This document shows, piece after piece, positions 29,235-37,680 of a DNA stretch of 64,000 bases (position 1 is its first letter; every line of letters starts with the position of its first letter). Source of the DNA: a virus; IMG/VR virus record IMGVR_UViG_3300047476_001057, positions 32,001 through 96,000 of that record. One strand, written 5' to 3'. Below the pieces are notes generated by a model. It was not told the DNA's origin, made no database searches, and was given only the letters and a program-made list of their open reading frames with translations. A program made the position numbers and the translations under genes.

Positions 29235-30551
29235 ATGAATCTAATTAACCAAGTGTACGGCTCACTTAAATGGAAAAAAACAGATGAGTGGTGTGCTACA
29301 AAGTTAGGTATTTCTCTACAAAAATACCAAGAAATTAAGAGACAAATTCTACAGACAAAAGAACTTTTACAGACTGAACTGGACAACAGTTTAGTTGATC
29401 TTGCTGGTAAACGGATGCTTGATCTGATAGATGATGAGCAGATCAAGAATGAGTATATATCAGAACTGGAAGATCAGTTAGTAGAAGCCATCAACCAGCA
29501 TAAAGAAAAGGTGGTTGAGTTTAGAGAAGATCTAGAAAACGGTACAGCTGAAATAAAGGGTGTGGCGTTCTCAGAACCTAAAAGCCCTGAAGAGATAATA
29601 CGTATTCTTAAGATAGACACTACAAAATGGAAGCTGTCATCTTACTGGAACAAACAACACAAAGAGTATTGGTTGATATCAGCCATGGTTTCCCAGGTTA
29701 AACCAGAACCACAAGATTTTATAAAACATACATTAGAAAACTTCCAACCTAAATATGTTCCTGTAAAGGAAGTTCATATTAACACCAAGTTTGAAAACCC
29801 CACCGTTGCAATATTGTCCGTTCAGGACTTACACTTTGGTAAGGAAGGGAACCTTACCGTTACAGAAGACTTTAAGAAAGCCGTTACTAACCTGACACTT
29901 AGAGCTTACATGAGCCACCGGATTGAGAAGATCATCTATGTCTTTGGTGGAGATTTGCTGAACATGGATACGTTCATGGGGCAGACCACCAAAGGCACAC
30001 CGGTGGATAATGACATGCGTGCCCAAGAAGCTTACAATGAAGCTTTTGATGCTCTCTATTGGAGCATTAATCATATTAAGCAGTTCTGTAATTTTTTAGA
30101 AGTGGTTTACCTTCCAGGTAATCATGACCGTCTAAGTTCTTACCATCTGGCTCATGCCTTAAGTAAGTGCTTTAGTGCGGAGAATGATATTGTATTTGAC
30201 GCAGAATATGCAGAGAGAAAGGTAAAGGTATGGGGAGCTAACTTCTTTGGCTTTGAGCATGGAGACGTAACCAAGAAGTGGACACCGTTGGTTTATGCTA
30301 CAGAGTTTCCTCTGTTCTGGGGATCCACCATTTACCGCACCTGTTATACAGGACACTTCCATTCTAAAAAGACTACAGAGTATGTCACAGATAATGAGAT
30401 ACACGGCTTTGCTCTGAAGCATCTTCCTTCTTTATCCAGGTCAGATTACTGGCACTATCATAACAAGTTTACAGGTTCAAAACGCCAGGCAGTTATGGAA
30501 GTTCATGACTACCACACAGGTAAGATATCCGAGTTTACCTACAATGCTTAA
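29235..30551 (+). CDS. Calcineurin-like metallophosphoesterase with N-terminal HTH-like and coiled-coil region
   Basis: All five motifs present: QDLHFGK, GGDLLN, PGNHD, FEHGD, TGHFH. Confidence 0.85.
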   Translation: MNLINQVYGSLKWKKTDEWCATKLGISLQKYQEIKRQILQTKELLQTELDNSLVDLAGKRMLDLIDDEQIKNEYISELEDQLVEAINQHKEKVVEFREDLENGTAEIKGVAFSEPKSPEEIIRILKIDTTKWKLSSYWNKQHKEYWLISAMVSQVKPEPQDFIKHTLENFQPKYVPVKEVHINTKFENPTVAILSVQDLHFGKEGNLTVTEDFKKAVTNLTLRAYMSHRIEKIIYVFGGDLLNMDTFMGQTTKGTPVDNDMRAQEAYNEAFDALYWSINHIKQFCNFLEVVYLPGNHDRLSSYHLAHALSKCFSAENDIVFDAEYAERKVKVWGANFFGFEHGDVTKKWTPLVYATEFPLFWGSTIYRTCYTGHFHSKKTTEYVTDNEIHGFALKHLPSLSRSDYWHYHNKFTGSKRQAVMEVHDYHTGKISEFTYNA

Positions 30552-30589
30552 ACTCTACAAGTTTAACTAGGAAACTTCATGGATTTTAC

Positions 30590-30606
30590 GTAAATTATTA
30601 ATGTAG
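30590..30606 (+). promoter_or_regulatory. Putative phage promoter motif, copy 4 (GTAAATTATTAATGTAG)
   Basis: Intergenic, before the tail-core block; very close to the GTG start, so the mRNA would be almost leaderless. Confidence 0.45.
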
Positions 30607-30611
30607 AACTT

Positions 30612-31199
30612 GTGGCCACAAAGTACAAACAACCAGACCTAAACGCTCCCAGGTATCGCCCTAAAAAGCTAAACCTGACAAACAGCAATGTTTACAACCA
30701 GTTCGTGCAGGAGAATCCCAGGTTTAGTTCACTTACAGCTACCCAGTTCAAAGAGGTAATCAGCAGCTTTAACGGCAAGATCTGGAACAAGGTCATAGAA
30801 AGCCGTGATGGTGTGGAACTACCGGAGCAACTGGGTTATTTGTTTATTGGGACTTGTCCTCGTAAACAAGGTGATAATCCTGACTTTAGGAAGAGTAATC
30901 AATACGGGAAAAAGATCCAGAATCAAAACTGGGAGTCTGATCAGTATGTAGCTAAAATTTTCTACACCAACTTTGAAACTAAGTACCGGTTTAAGCATCA
31001 TGAGATGTGGGGCTTTACCGGACTTCGTGACTTTAAGAGAACAGTAGCTAAGACCTATCCCCAGGAGTGGAAGAAATATGTGCAAGTAGATAACCTGGTT
31101 AAAGTGAGCTTATTGTTCCGTAAGCATAAGTTCAAAGACTTTAAGAAAAACGAAACTCAGAAACTCCTTGAGGAGTATGATGAGTTTAATCTGGACTAA
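30612..31199 (+). CDS. HU/IHF-like DNA-binding protein of crAss-like phages
   Basis: Basic; FKEVISSFNGKIWNKVIESRDGVELPEQLGYLFIG resembles the HU/IHF helix-helix-strand core; syntenic before the ring and muzzle genes; GTG start. Confidence 0.6.
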   Translation: MATKYKQPDLNAPRYRPKKLNLTNSNVYNQFVQENPRFSSLTATQFKEVISSFNGKIWNKVIESRDGVELPEQLGYLFIGTCPRKQGDNPDFRKSNQYGKKIQNQNWESDQYVAKIFYTNFETKYRFKHHEMWGFTGLRDFKRTVAKTYPQEWKKYVQVDNLVKVSLLFRKHKFKDFKKNETQKLLEEYDEFNLD

Positions 31200-31202
31200 C
31201 CT

Positions 31203-31874
31203 ATGAAGACCACCATTGGAGATGTACTCTCAAGAATCCGTTCCCAGGTAAAGGCGGTAAGGCAAGATGCTTTACTGACTGACCGGGTTATATACTCTTT
31301 TGTCAATAAGCACTCAAAGTGGTTGTTGAAACGTGAAGATGCAAAAAACCAACTGATGGGATATTCAGGGGTTCTTCAGACAATGGAGTTTGTGGAGTTG
31401 ATCGAAGTAGACAAGGTAGAAGCTTGTTGCACTGGAATAAAATCTGACTGTACTATCAAACGCACCAAAAATAAAATGCCTGTGTTTATGCAGGGTTATT
31501 ATGGTCCGTTAATTCGTACAGTAGCATCTTTGGATGGATCTGAAGAATTGCAACCTACAGTTCCTAGCTCTTACATTGCAATGTCTAAGAGCAAGAACTT
31601 TAAATACAATAAGACTAAGTACTTCTGGTATCTTGATGACTATCTATACTTTCCTGATCTTGAGTGGGATGCTGTACGTATAGAAGGAATTTTTGAAGAT
31701 GATATTTCTGCTTTTACATGTGCTGATGATAGCTGTGTTCAAGGTTCAGACCGCTCACTAAACATTCCTGATTATCTTCTGGGTGAATTAGAGTCTGCTG
31801 TATTTAAAGATTTGGCAGGTATGTTGCAAATGCCTGTAGATCCCATTAATGATAAACAAAATGCTGCCCGTTAA
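31203..31874 (+). CDS. Putative tail ring / adaptor protein
   Basis: TIGDVLSRIRSQVK N-terminal helix, YFWYLDDYLYFPD, VRIEGIFED; crAss tail-module synteny. Confidence 0.55.
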   Translation: MKTTIGDVLSRIRSQVKAVRQDALLTDRVIYSFVNKHSKWLLKREDAKNQLMGYSGVLQTMEFVELIEVDKVEACCTGIKSDCTIKRTKNKMPVFMQGYYGPLIRTVASLDGSEELQPTVPSSYIAMSKSKNFKYNKTKYFWYLDDYLYFPDLEWDAVRIEGIFEDDISAFTCADDSCVQGSDRSLNIPDYLLGELESAVFKDLAGMLQMPVDPINDKQNAAR

Positions 31875-31879
31875 CTGCT

Positions 31880-32746
31880 ATGAAAACAGAGCCTAAATAC
31901 CGCACGTTTGATGAGCTGCTTAATGAGGTGGCTGCAGATTTTACTCAGTATAATAATGAGGGTATGATTGAACCTGGACAACTAATCAAAGTTGCTCAGA
32001 GAGTCAGTTATGACCTGGGTCTTCGTATTCATGGTACCAAAGAAAAAATATTAGACATAGAAAAAAGCAAGACTAAACTACCTGATGATTTCTATGTACT
32101 TAACTATGCTATGCTTTGCGGCAAGTATACTGTTTCTCAACCTGTTTTGCAGGGACGCCAGACTGAAGATATTATTCTTTCTTCTAATCTCTGCAAGAAA
32201 TGCGGAGCTCCTGATCCACAATGTACCTGTGAAAAAACATACACTGTAGAGTGCAAAACTGGTGAAAAGGTATTTGTACAGGTTGTAGAGAAACGTGCTT
32301 ATGAAACCAAGACTTATGAAACTTTTGAAAGGGTTGACATTAGTCCTGTAACCGGAAGACAAGATGCCTTAACTACCACTGGTAGAGCTGGTTACATCAA
32401 GAACGGATTCATTTACACAAACATAGAAGAAGGAAGGCTGTACATTTCTTATCAGGGTGCTTTAGAAGATCATGACGGAAATCTTCTTGTACTGGACCAT
32501 CCTATGATTAATGAGTATTATGAATATGCTCTTAAGCAAAGGATCTTGGAAAACCTGTTTATGAACGGAGAAGATGTGACACAGAAAATGCAGTTGGTTG
32601 AGCAGAGGTTAAGAGCAGCCCGTAACAATGCTCTCACTATTGTTAACACTCCAGACTTTGCTGAAATGAAACAGCTGTGGGAGACAAACCGTAAAGCTCA
32701 GTATGCAAAATATTACGACATGTTCAAGTCCGGATACGGCTGGTAA
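31880..32746 (+). CDS. Putative tail tubular / ring protein
   Basis: TKLPDDFYVL, YIKNGFIYTNIEEG, ISYQG..LVLDHPMINEYYEYAL; carries a CxxC-x6-CxC insert. Confidence 0.55.
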   Translation: MKTEPKYRTFDELLNEVAADFTQYNNEGMIEPGQLIKVAQRVSYDLGLRIHGTKEKILDIEKSKTKLPDDFYVLNYAMLCGKYTVSQPVLQGRQTEDIILSSNLCKKCGAPDPQCTCEKTYTVECKTGEKVFVQVVEKRAYETKTYETFERVDISPVTGRQDALTTTGRAGYIKNGFIYTNIEEGRLYISYQGALEDHDGNLLVLDHPMINEYYEYALKQRILENLFMNGEDVTQKMQLVEQRLRAARNNALTIVNTPDFAEMKQLWETNRKAQYAKYYDMFKSGYGW

Positions 32747-33113
32747 ACTACCTGCACGTGCTACCACTACGGTGAAGTTTCCAACTTACAATTGTAAACT
32801 TGTCATTACCGTAGTAGATAGTGTTAAAAAGGAAGTGGAAAAGCTATATAAAAAATATAAGATAACAGAGCCGTTTGATTTTGAAGCTGAAGGAGCCTTA
32901 GTAATGCCTGGTACGGAAACATATTATCTGTTATTAGATAATGCATTTCTGACACATAATACAATAGCTCATGAAATATTTCATGCTGCTGTAAGAATAA
33001 CTGAAGACAGAGATATTACTGATGAAGAAGCCCAGGCGTGGATGGCAGGACATATAACAGAGACATTGTATAAGTTTTTAGAAAAGAAGAAGCTACAAGT
33101 AAAACATGGCTGA
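32703..33113 (+). CDS. Small zincin-like metallopeptidase (HExxH)
   Basis: IAHEIFHAA (32970-32984) followed by DEEAQAW. The true start may be downstream of 32703 (e.g. GTG near 32772). Confidence 0.65.
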   Translation: MQNITTCSSPDTAGKLPARATTTVKFPTYNCKLVITVVDSVKKEVEKLYKKYKITEPFDFEAEGALVMPGTETYYLLLDNAFLTHNTIAHEIFHAAVRITEDRDITDEEAQAWMAGHITETLYKFLEKKKLQVKHG

Positions 33114-36100
33114 ACAATCACAGAACCCAGGAGCTGTTACTAATTCCTTTACCAAAGGAATGGTAAAAGACATGAATGAGACTTTCGTTGGAGAGGGTCT
33201 GTGGACACATGCCCGGAACCTGGTTAATAACTCTCATGAAGGTCATACAGGTGTGGTAGGTAATGAACCAGCCAACCTGCATTGTGTTACACTTCCTTAT
33301 GATCTTATTGGTGCTATACATCTTACAGATGATCAGTGGGTTATTTTTACAACAGATGATGTAAACTCAGAGATAGGTATTTTTGATGAGAGCCAATGCA
33401 GTTATGAGAAAAAGGTAAACGATCCTTGTCTTGGTTTTAAGCGTTCCCATCTTATTACAGGAGCTTCCCGTAAAAGGTTTGATTGCGAGCGTCCTGTATA
33501 TTGGGCGGATGGTCTAAACCCTGACCGTTTCATGGACCTGGATAATATTCCATGGAAGTATACAGAAACAAAAGTAAATGACTGTATAGTTAAAACAATT
33601 ATAGAGCCAAGACAGCTTGACTGTGAAAAGATAAGGATAGCTCCTTTGTTAAAATCTCCTTGTCTTGTATTGTCAAAGGGAAAAACCTCTGGTAGTTTAC
33701 CCAACGGATCTTACCAGGCAGTAATAGCTTACTCAGATAATGGCGTAAGGTTTACTAATTACATAGGACTCTCTGAAGTGCAATCTTTGTTTACACATGA
33801 AAACGTAAGTTCATCTCTTGAGCTTACCGTGTCTAGCATTGACACCACTTATGATGAGTTTGAACTAGTGATACTTGCCAGAATCAACGGTGCTACTGTA
33901 GCAAAGAAGATAGGAAACTACTCTACTTCACAGGGTATTATTTACATAGACCGCTGGGACCAGGAGTATGAAACAGTACCTGTTGCACAGATTGTGTTCC
34001 GTGGTGACGCTTCAGAAAAAGCAGATGCTATCTATGAAGTGAACAATTACCTCTTGAAAATAGGAGACTATTCTAAGTTTAAGTTTAACTATCAACAGCA
34101 GGCAAATAGGATCAAAACAAACTGGGTTGCTGTTGAATATCCGGCTGACTATTACCATAAAGGTGGTAACAACACCGGTTACTTAAGAGATGAACAGTAT
34201 GCCTTCTTTATAAGGTTTATATATAACACAGGTGACCGTTCTGATTCTTATCACATCCCGGGTCGTGCTGCAACAGCTGCTGAACGTGCAAACGTTTTTG
34301 GTGGTGATGCATTTGAAACCCAGGGATCTAATCCTGTAACAAGAGAACGCTGGCAGGTGGAGAATACTGCCACTATAGACAGTCTTGTATTATCTAAACT
34401 TTCTGACGGTGGTAAAGTAATTGCTACGGGTAAGATGGGTTACTGGGAAAGTTCAGAACAGTATCCTGCTGACCGTTTTGATATATGGGGAGACCTCTGT
34501 GGTAAAAAGATCAGGCACCATAAAATGCCTGATGTAACTATTGCAGGTGGTAACATAGTGAACCACTTCTCTAACCAAGGTCAGAACATTGTTATCCTTG
34601 GTGTACAGTTTTCTAACATTACAGCTCCTGTAGATAACCAGGGTAATATAATCAACTCTATTGTTGGTTATGAAATACTTCGTGGTTCAAGAGAAGGTAA
34701 TAAGACTATTATTGCTAACGGTATGTTCAATAACATGAGAACATATCCAATACCTGGGGAAAACAGCATACAGGGATTATATCAGAATTATCCTTATAAT
34801 GATCTTCGTCCTGATTCATATTTGACTAGTCAGGAACAGACAGGTACAAATGGTACTGTAGACCCTAAGTCTACAAAACTTAGTGGTTACAAACAAAACG
34901 TATTTTCTTTTCATAGTCCTGAAACTACTTTCTCTAATCCTTATCTTAATGCAAGTGAGGTTAAGATTTATCAAGAGTTATCTGGTACAGCATTGGGATC
35001 TTTTATTAATCCATACAAGCATCCTAAGTTTAAGGTATCTACAAACTTTACAAGTGTACTTTCTAAACTTCTTTCAGTTATAGGTACTGTAGCTGCAATA
35101 GCAGGAACTGTAGGTGGTGGTTTTGATCTTAAGATGGAAGCTGATAATGATACACCTATCAATCTTCCTTTGACAGCAACACCTTCATACGCAGGTGACT
35201 ATGTTACTGTACTTGGGTCTGGTGCTTCTCCAATAACTACCGCACAGTTCTTTGCTACAATAGCTGCTAATGGTATTATTCTTACTACTTTAATTGCAAC
35301 AGGTATATTGCCTGGTATATATGATCAGCAGTTTACACGTTTGTTCTTATACTTATCACCCAAAGTCCAATATGCTGCTCAATATAATTCCCATGGGTTT
35401 TATAACAATGGTATTCCTGCTCAAGTTGGAGCAAGACGCCGTGAAGTTGTAGACGCTATCTACGTTAAAAACAACATGCAGTCTTTTAATGCAAGGTATG
35501 CTATTAATAACATGAACCGTGCTGGATTTGTAGCTGTTGAAATACCTGAGAATAATACACTTAATAATCCTACTACTGTTGATGACAGTAGGTTTACTAT
35601 TGGTGAAAAAAGTGCCACACTTAATACTATATACCAAAGTAATATTTCAGGTCATTATGGTGCTTTGAAGATAAACATGCCTTCTCAGTATGGACAGTTA
35701 AGTACAATTAAGCAATTGCCTATATCTGGAGGTTGTGTACATAACCTTTCACTTTTACCAGGTGCTAAGATGACTAGTCCTGTACTGTTTGGTGGAGATG
35801 TGTATATAAACAGGTTTACCGAAAAAAATACCATGTTGTTTTTTACAGACTGGTTACTTGGTGAACCGGATGAGACAGAGTATGATTATACACTTTATGC
35901 AGCATTACCATATCCGCGTTTTTGGATAAACAATGAGTCTAAGCATTCTGCATTCTTTAAGTTATCAAATAGTTATCGTGTACTTGACTATAGAAGCTCA
36001 GGTACATTTTATATAAAGAGAGGTTATTTCTACTTGTTTAATTCAGGTGTAAGAGACTTTTTTGTAGAGAGTGAAGTAAACCTAGCATATCGTGATTGGG

Positions 36101-37680
36101 ATGAAGAACCAGGTAAGCGTCATTATGATCCTTACAAGTTTTCTGATTTAAATAACATGTTCCGTAGTGATGTAGTTAAGACCGGAAACTTTTATAAGTA
36201 TGATTACAACCTTAGCATATCTAAGCTGTTCAGCTCACATATCACATGGGGTAATGTTTTAGGTTTGGATTACGATCCTGCAGTTGCTGAAACATGTTAT
36301 GTATACAGACCATCAAGAGTGAGATACTCACTTCCTCAGCAGGAAGAATCAAAGAAGGATAACTGGAGAGTATATCTTACAAATAACTACAAGGATTTCA
36401 ATGGTCCGGTTACTTCTATCAAACCCATAAATAAGACAGGTGCCTTGTTCATGATGGCACGCCAGAGTCCTATGCAATTTATGGGTGTGGAAGAACTTAA
36501 GCTTGACGGTACAGGTGCAAAACTTACTATTGGTGATGGTGGATTGTTTAATCAGCCTTTACAGTCTGTAGTTAATGCTGAAGCTTCATTTGAATACGGA
36601 AGTTGTCAAAGTAAAAATGCTGTAATTAACACAACCCATGGTGTGTTTTGGGTTTCCCAAAATCAAGGTAAGGTGTTTCAATATACAGGTCAGCTTGCTG
36701 AGATTAGCCGTAACGGTATGAAATGGTGGTTTGCTCAATACCTTCCAAGTGAGCTTTTGAAAGCTTTTCCAAACTATCCTTTATATGATAATTCTGTAAA
36801 GGGAGTTGGTGTACAGATGATGTATGACAATACCAACGAAATACTTTATATCACTAAGAAAGACTATAAGCCTCTCTTTAATGATATGATATATGACAAC
36901 AATGGCTTCTATAGAGTTGTCAATGGTATTAAAACCTACTATGCTTTTAATAGTGCAGGCTTTGAGGATGCATCATGGACTATAAGCTATGACTGCAAGA
37001 ACCAGATGTGGTTATCATTTCATGACTGGAAGCCATCATATATGCTGCCTGCAAAGACTCATTTTATGAGTGTAAACGGCAACAGTGTATGGAAACATAA
37101 TTCACGTTGTGATTTGTTCTGCAACTTCTATGGTGTGGACTATCCTTTTGATATAGAGTTTGTATCCAGCACTGGTCAGACTGTTAACTCAGTAAGAAAC
37201 ATAGAATACCTGCTTGAAGCGTACAGATACTATAATGGATGTAAAGATAAATTCCACATTCTGGATCAAAACTTTGACCAGGCTATGGTGTATAATTCTG
37301 AGCAGGTATCAGGTCTCCTTGAGCTTACTCTTAAAGACAAAAGCAATCCTGTCACTATGCTTAGTTATCCACAGGTTCAGTCACAGTCTATTAAAATCCA
37401 ATATTCTAAAGAAGAACAGAAGTATAGGTTTAACCAATTCTGGGATATTACTAAAGACCGTGGAGAGTTTAATGGTGTTAGTCTTCCAATGTTTGTAACA
37501 AAAGCAAGTGGTTATGACTATGCTATTAATCCACAATACGTAAACTACCAGAAATCACCTCTTGAACGCAAGAAGTTCCGTCATGTTGTAAATAGGGTGT
37601 TCTTACGTAAACTAAAAAGTGGTGACGTAAAATTATTGTTTAAGATATCTAACCAAAAACTTCTTCAATCTCCTAGATGA
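33106..37680 (+). CDS. Tail stabilisation / muzzle protein (P22 gp10-like position)
   Basis: 1524 aa, beta-rich; FTKGMVKD N-terminus, WTISYDCKNQMWLSFHDWKP near the C-terminus; size and synteny match crAss-like muzzle genes. Confidence 0.75.
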   Translation: MAEQSQNPGAVTNSFTKGMVKDMNETFVGEGLWTHARNLVNNSHEGHTGVVGNEPANLHCVTLPYDLIGAIHLTDDQWVIFTTDDVNSEIGIFDESQCSYEKKVNDPCLGFKRSHLITGASRKRFDCERPVYWADGLNPDRFMDLDNIPWKYTETKVNDCIVKTIIEPRQLDCEKIRIAPLLKSPCLVLSKGKTSGSLPNGSYQAVIAYSDNGVRFTNYIGLSEVQSLFTHENVSSSLELTVSSIDTTYDEFELVILARINGATVAKKIGNYSTSQGIIYIDRWDQEYETVPVAQIVFRGDASEKADAIYEVNNYLLKIGDYSKFKFNYQQQANRIKTNWVAVEYPADYYHKGGNNTGYLRDEQYAFFIRFIYNTGDRSDSYHIPGRAATAAERANVFGGDAFETQGSNPVTRERWQVENTATIDSLVLSKLSDGGKVIATGKMGYWESSEQYPADRFDIWGDLCGKKIRHHKMPDVTIAGGNIVNHFSNQGQNIVILGVQFSNITAPVDNQGNIINSIVGYEILRGSREGNKTIIANGMFNNMRTYPIPGENSIQGLYQNYPYNDLRPDSYLTSQEQTGTNGTVDPKSTKLSGYKQNVFSFHSPETTFSNPYLNASEVKIYQELSGTALGSFINPYKHPKFKVSTNFTSVLSKLLSVIGTVAAIAGTVGGGFDLKMEADNDTPINLPLTATPSYAGDYVTVLGSGASPITTAQFFATIAANGIILTTLIATGILPGIYDQQFTRLFLYLSPKVQYAAQYNSHGFYNNGIPAQVGARRREVVDAIYVKNNMQSFNARYAINNMNRAGFVAVEIPENNTLNNPTTVDDSRFTIGEKSATLNTIYQSNISGHYGALKINMPSQYGQLSTIKQLPISGGCVHNLSLLPGAKMTSPVLFGGDVYINRFTEKNTMLFFTDWLLGEPDETEYDYTLYAALPYPRFWINNESKHSAFFKLSNSYRVLDYRSSGTFYIKRGYFYLFNSGVRDFFVESEVNLAYRDWDEEPGKRHYDPYKFSDLNNMFRSDVVKTGNFYKYDYNLSISKLFSSHITWGNVLGLDYDPAVAETCYVYRPSRVRYSLPQQEESKKDNWRVYLTNNYKDFNGPVTSIKPINKTGALFMMARQSPMQFMGVEELKLDGTGAKLTIGDGGLFNQPLQSVVNAEASFEYGSCQSKNAVINTTHGVFWVSQNQGKVFQYTGQLAEISRNGMKWWFAQYLPSELLKAFPNYPLYDNSVKGVGVQMMYDNTNEILYITKKDYKPLFNDMIYDNNGFYRVVNGIKTYYAFNSAGFEDASWTISYDCKNQMWLSFHDWKPSYMLPAKTHFMSVNGNSVWKHNSRCDLFCNFYGVDYPFDIEFVSSTGQTVNSVRNIEYLLEAYRYYNGCKDKFHILDQNFDQAMVYNSEQVSGLLELTLKDKSNPVTMLSYPQVQSQSIKIQYSKEEQKYRFNQFWDITKDRGEFNGVSLPMFVTKASGYDYAINPQYVNYQKSPLERKKFRHVVNRVFLRKLKSGDVKLLFKISNQKLLQSPR

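Noticed and set aside
24312-30607. TCTAC/GTAGA motifs resembling the Cas12a repeat stem (mini-array or RNA anti-CRISPR)
   Set aside because: None forms the short TCTAC-loop-GTAGA hairpin in the right orientation, there is no repeat-spacer periodicity, and there are no cas genes.
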